64,000 nucleotides of DNA, from contig JBNZDD010013550.1 in the NCBI GenBank assembly GCA_050575255.1, forward strand, positions 980,943-1,044,942, written 5' to 3'. The notes under the pieces are model-generated. The model did not search any database. It was not told the DNA's origin and worked only from the letters and a program-made list of their open reading frames with translations. Positions within the stretch are counted from its first letter, which is position 1; each line of letters starts with the position of its first letter. The position numbers were made by a program, and so were the translations under genes. Below, one piece after another: positions 59,702-64,000 of this stretch. Source of the DNA: Harriotta raleighana. Lineage: Eukaryota.

Positions 59702-62700
59702 TCTATAAGGAAATACTTTTGGTATTAGCGCTCAATTTATTACTGATGCCACTTTTATTCAGAAACCCGGGCAGCCTCTCATATGGTCCTCCACAAATGT
59801 CACAACGAGGCATGCTTTATAGATCAGAAATAGCGCTGCTCCCTTTCAAACAATAAAGCCAGCAAAATGATCAAAGTGACTGAAGAAAGCAGCTGCCCTT
59901 TTGACTCTCAATGTGCCCGATGTTCACTGCAGGGGGCTGGTAGCAGGCAGGCAATGCTTCCTTCAATCTCTCTCCCTCGCCAGAAAGAAGGCGGTTTTCA
60001 ACAGCAAAAGATTATCAAACTACAAATTCTGCATGTTTCCCCCCTAATCCCCCCCCCCACTCACACCCAACACACTAAAGATTTAACAATGCTGCCGAGT
60101 TCAACATTTTCCCTGTCAATTTTAATTAACGGGCAGCATTTTTGCAGATAAGTCATTTCCGTAGACACCACTTAATACCAATTTTGAATAGCAAAAGTAG
60201 AATTGTAGAAATTATAGCTCAGAAGTCAGTCATTAAGCCCCACTTTGCGATGAAAAGATAAAAATCCTTGCATTTGATGTCACCTTTCGTGTCATCTAAC
60301 AGGATATAGTGCAAGGTGTAGTGATTGTATTTCTGTGAAATCGCCCAAACAGCCATGAAGGGAACAACCAATTTTATATGGGGGAATTCTTGGACGTCAG
60401 CGCTTTGGAATGTCCCCCCGATGTGAAAGACGCTATACAAGTGTAATCTTGTTGTTGTTGTTGCCAGGACACTGAGAGAAGCATTATTCTCCCAGTGCGT
60501 GGTGATTTTTAACATCCACCTGAATAAGCAGACAGAACATCAGTTATCGTCTCAACAAGTTGCTGCATTTGCCTACAAATACAGTTACCACACTTCGCAG
60601 TAAAATCTTGTGAAATGTTTTTGAGATGTCTCAACTCTACATCGAAAAACAAGGATCGCTAATAATCCACTGGGTTAATTTGTCTCCATCAATGCTCTAA
60701 AACAAAACTAATCTTGAATGGGTGAAAGGGCACGTAAATGTTATGGGTGCCAATCTATCTATCTATCCACCATCTCTTCACTCCCCAAGACCCTAAATGG
60801 GAATAGTTCAAATCAGACCTTTCCGCCTCAAATAACAGGATGAGTGGCACGCTGTCAATTACACCCTAATCTAACACCTTGTTCTACCGAGATTACTTTG
60901 AAAAATTTCTCCCCATCTGAATATTAAGTTGTTTGTGGTCCTTTTTATCAATTTTATTATCTTTTTATCTAGACTGTGGTGCCACAGGTTGGACTGCATT
61001 ATGCAGCCTCACGTGCCCAGATGTTCGACATCTGACTTAACTTGTTGGCATTATTAGCCGCACAGCAGTGGAACCAAAGCAACAGTGACAACAGGCAGTT
61101 CATTAAAGCATTTTGTATGTGGTAATCAAGAAGGCAGCACAGATGGACGTGGGGAAATTATATTGCAGTGGTAATGGGGAAGGATATATAAATAGGATTT
61201 TACATGGCTTAGCACATTCTGTTAACGTCTTTGGTCCAGAAAGTGATGACCAACTCCATGCTTGAACCTCTGCACGAATGGGTTTCTGGCAACAATACTG
61301 TCGCGAGAGAGGTCGCCACAGGTGGAGAGGAATGCGTGAAGCTGCTGCAGCTGAAACGGGCAGAGGCGAGATTCCAGCTGCGGACGGAAACAGCCATGAG
61401 GCTGAAGGGGAAAGAAGGCCTTGCAGTGGATGCTCCGGTCAATAGCACATACACACGGTCCGACAGCTTGGCCCCATAGCTGCAGTGGTATACAGATGAC
61501 CACTTTTCAATCTCTGCCGCGCTAATCTAACAGCTTTGTCACGGTTGAGTGATGGGCATTCTCTGCGCCTACCAAACAGAGCAACAAAATGTTCACCACT
61601 GTCACTGTTGTTGAGCACTGAATTCACAAGTGCCAAGTGAACGCGAGGGAAGTCCTGCCTGGAGCAGAGTTGACCTGGGCATCAAAATGGAATTGGCTGA
61701 GTTTCGGGTAGGAAATGACAATTGGTGGGTATGAGGAAAGTGCAGAGAACTGGGATTAGGGGTAAACTCAGGCACAGATACTATAGATGCTGTGTTGAAT
61801 ATTTGAATATTTCTCCATCTCTATGATGGGCTTTATAGAGGATCCTCACCCTCACCACTCAGTTTGTCCTATGTTAACTGGATTTGATTAAACTGAGTTG
61901 TGAGGTGAACAATTTAAAAGAGCTGCTTAGAAACATAGAAATCTACAGTGCAGAAGGAGGCCATTCGACCCATTAAATCTACACCAGCTCACAGAGCATT
62001 TGGGGGAGAGGGGTGCAATCTCAATGCTCTGTTGGTCCCGGGTGGATGGATTTAAAGACTTCAAGTCCTGCAGCAGTGTAAACTAGACTTTGCGAGCCAG
62101 GAGTTGGCTTGAGCACCAGCAGAATACATATCTAACGGATGCCAAGAGGAGGAATAGTACTTTAGATAACTTCCCAATGTCCCTAATGAATAAACTGCAG
62201 GTATTGATTTCAGCCAGGTTTCACCAAGTCACAATGACTGCAGAGTATTGATTCACCCTCCACTAACTCCATACATTATATATACAAGATTGTTTTCTTT
62301 GTGTGGTGGGGGTGGAGAAAATCACTTTCACACCTTCTTCACCTGATGTCAATGGTTGAAGGCTCACGCTAATGCTCAATTTCAAAACACTCGACAATTA
62401 ATCCAGATTCGGAAGTGGCACAAGTGTGATGCCCGTGTTAAATTACAAATAGCCGCTGCATCAAATGCCGGGATTATTATAATATAGTACCTTATCACAG
62501 CAGAGAGAGGTCTCGGAAGCACTTCATAGGATTTTACTGTAAAGTGTAAAAGTCATTACTGATTGCGGCAAATTTGGAAGACATTTCTGCGCATCGCGAG
62601 GCTCCCACAAATGGCCATTGGTTGGTGAACAACCAATGCAATTACCACTGCACTTCAGAGCATCCCATGCAACAGGCAAGTAGAAAAATTGGGAAATTTT

Positions 62701-63019
62701 CAATGTTATTAATAAGCAGCAAATCTTTCATTGCAACCATGCTGAATTTTGGAATAACTCAGCTACCTAATTAGACCTCATTTACATTTACATTAGGTGA
62801 ATTAGAAAATATGTTACCCTATAGGGTCAGAACCATATTTCCTTTAGACACAAACTTGAAAGCTAAAAGAAGCTAATTGTGCCAAGAGGGATAATATATT
62901 AATAACATGCTAATTCAATTTAATTTACATTTTGGAATTGACTTCTAATAATCCTTGCCTTTGATGGATCAGAAATGAAAATGTTATAAAATTAAGGAAA
63001 CTTGTCTTGGAGAGTTGCA

Positions 63020-63497
63020 GAAGCGTCATTCTCGCTCAGTTGGTCGCATCTCAGAAGGCTGCAGGTTTCAAATTCCATGTCAGGACTTTGAACTCACAGC
63101 CAAAGATGACACTTCAATACAGTGCTTTGGAGGTGCTGTATTGTTAAGAGGTACCATGCCTTCTGAAGAGATGTCAAACCAAGGTCCTGTCTACCTGTTC
63201 AGGTGGACCTTTAAGATCCCATAGTAAAACTCAAAACAACAACAACAGAATTACATTTATAGAGCCCCTTTCACGTCAGGAGCAGGATTTTTTCCCCCAT
63301 TGTCCTGGCCATTAATCCCCCAGATAATACTGATCATTCAATTCAGGGCCCGTTTGTGGGATGTTCAAGTGGGCAAATTGGCTGCCATGATCACCCGCAA
63401 AAAAACAGTCACTACACTTTTTACAGTAAATCCTGTGAATATTTTGAGACATCCTTCCAATGTGAAAGCTACTGAAGCAAATGCAAGGATTATTATT
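63020..63497 (+). mobile_element. Old Deu SINE with a short inverted L2 tail inserted at ~63235-63281
   Basis: cagaaggctgcaggtttcaaattcc...gatgacacttcaatacagtgc...cgtttgtgggatgtt...aattggctgcc...aatgcaaggattattatt. Confidence 0.7.
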
Positions 63498-64000
63498 GAT
63501 TGGAATATATTCCAATGCAATTTGAGATAACATATTCCTGAATTATTATAAGTAAATCGAATCTACAAATATCAGGTTACTTAAGAATATATTTTCCCCA
63601 TTAAATGCACGTTTTCGGCGAATCAGCATAAACCCTTAATGCAACCTTTAAACCATCGAACTGGAATTAGTATGTCCTGGCCACATATAACACAAACAAC
63701 AGTGACATGTACTTGCTCTAATCAGGTTGTGGATGTGAAAACACACTGGTATCTATTGGCCAGATTGCTTGGAACAAGAATGCAAGCATTTTTTCTGACA
63801 TTAGTCATAGTATCATGAAAACTATCACGTACTGTAGGATGATATGATTTCACAAGCAAAAAATGGTGTAGGCTGAGGGAGGGAGAGGGATGTGGAGTTA
63901 GTGTACCTCTTGCCATTTGCTAGCTCACTTATGAAAATGGGGCCCCTCTGAAGAGATTATTTAGTTTTGCCAAACGAAAACTCTGAACTGAATAGACCCT

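Overview
This is eukaryotic (vertebrate) DNA. The repeat content (Deu-domain tRNA-SINEs, L2 and CR1 LINEs) suggests a cartilaginous fish, possibly a holocephalan (inference). The window holds one recognisable gene, follistatin-like 1 (FSTL1), on the minus strand. Nine coding exons lie between 16894 and 3391, all with GT-AG introns and matching phases, giving 885 nt = 294 aa plus stop. A probable ~2.3 kb 3'UTR ends near an AATAAA at 1127-1132. I could not find the signal-peptide/ATG exon, so 16895-64000 is probably one very long intron. The rest is SINEs, LINE fragments, Tigger/mariner/hAT MITEs and microsatellites. Several single-'n' gaps are flanked by near-identical duplications that are probably assembly artefacts. 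Most ORFs in the supplied track are spurious or repeat-derived. I see no firm evidence for a new multi-gene system. The best leads are regulatory: (1) a recursive-splice-like AG|GTAAG exon with an in-frame alternative acceptor that could switch the FSTL1 C-terminus and an extra N-glycosylation site; (2) a UUAGU-rich tandem array in the 3'UTR; (3) a MITE carrying tandem CRE/E-box units; (4) a pre-miRNA-like intronic hairpin.
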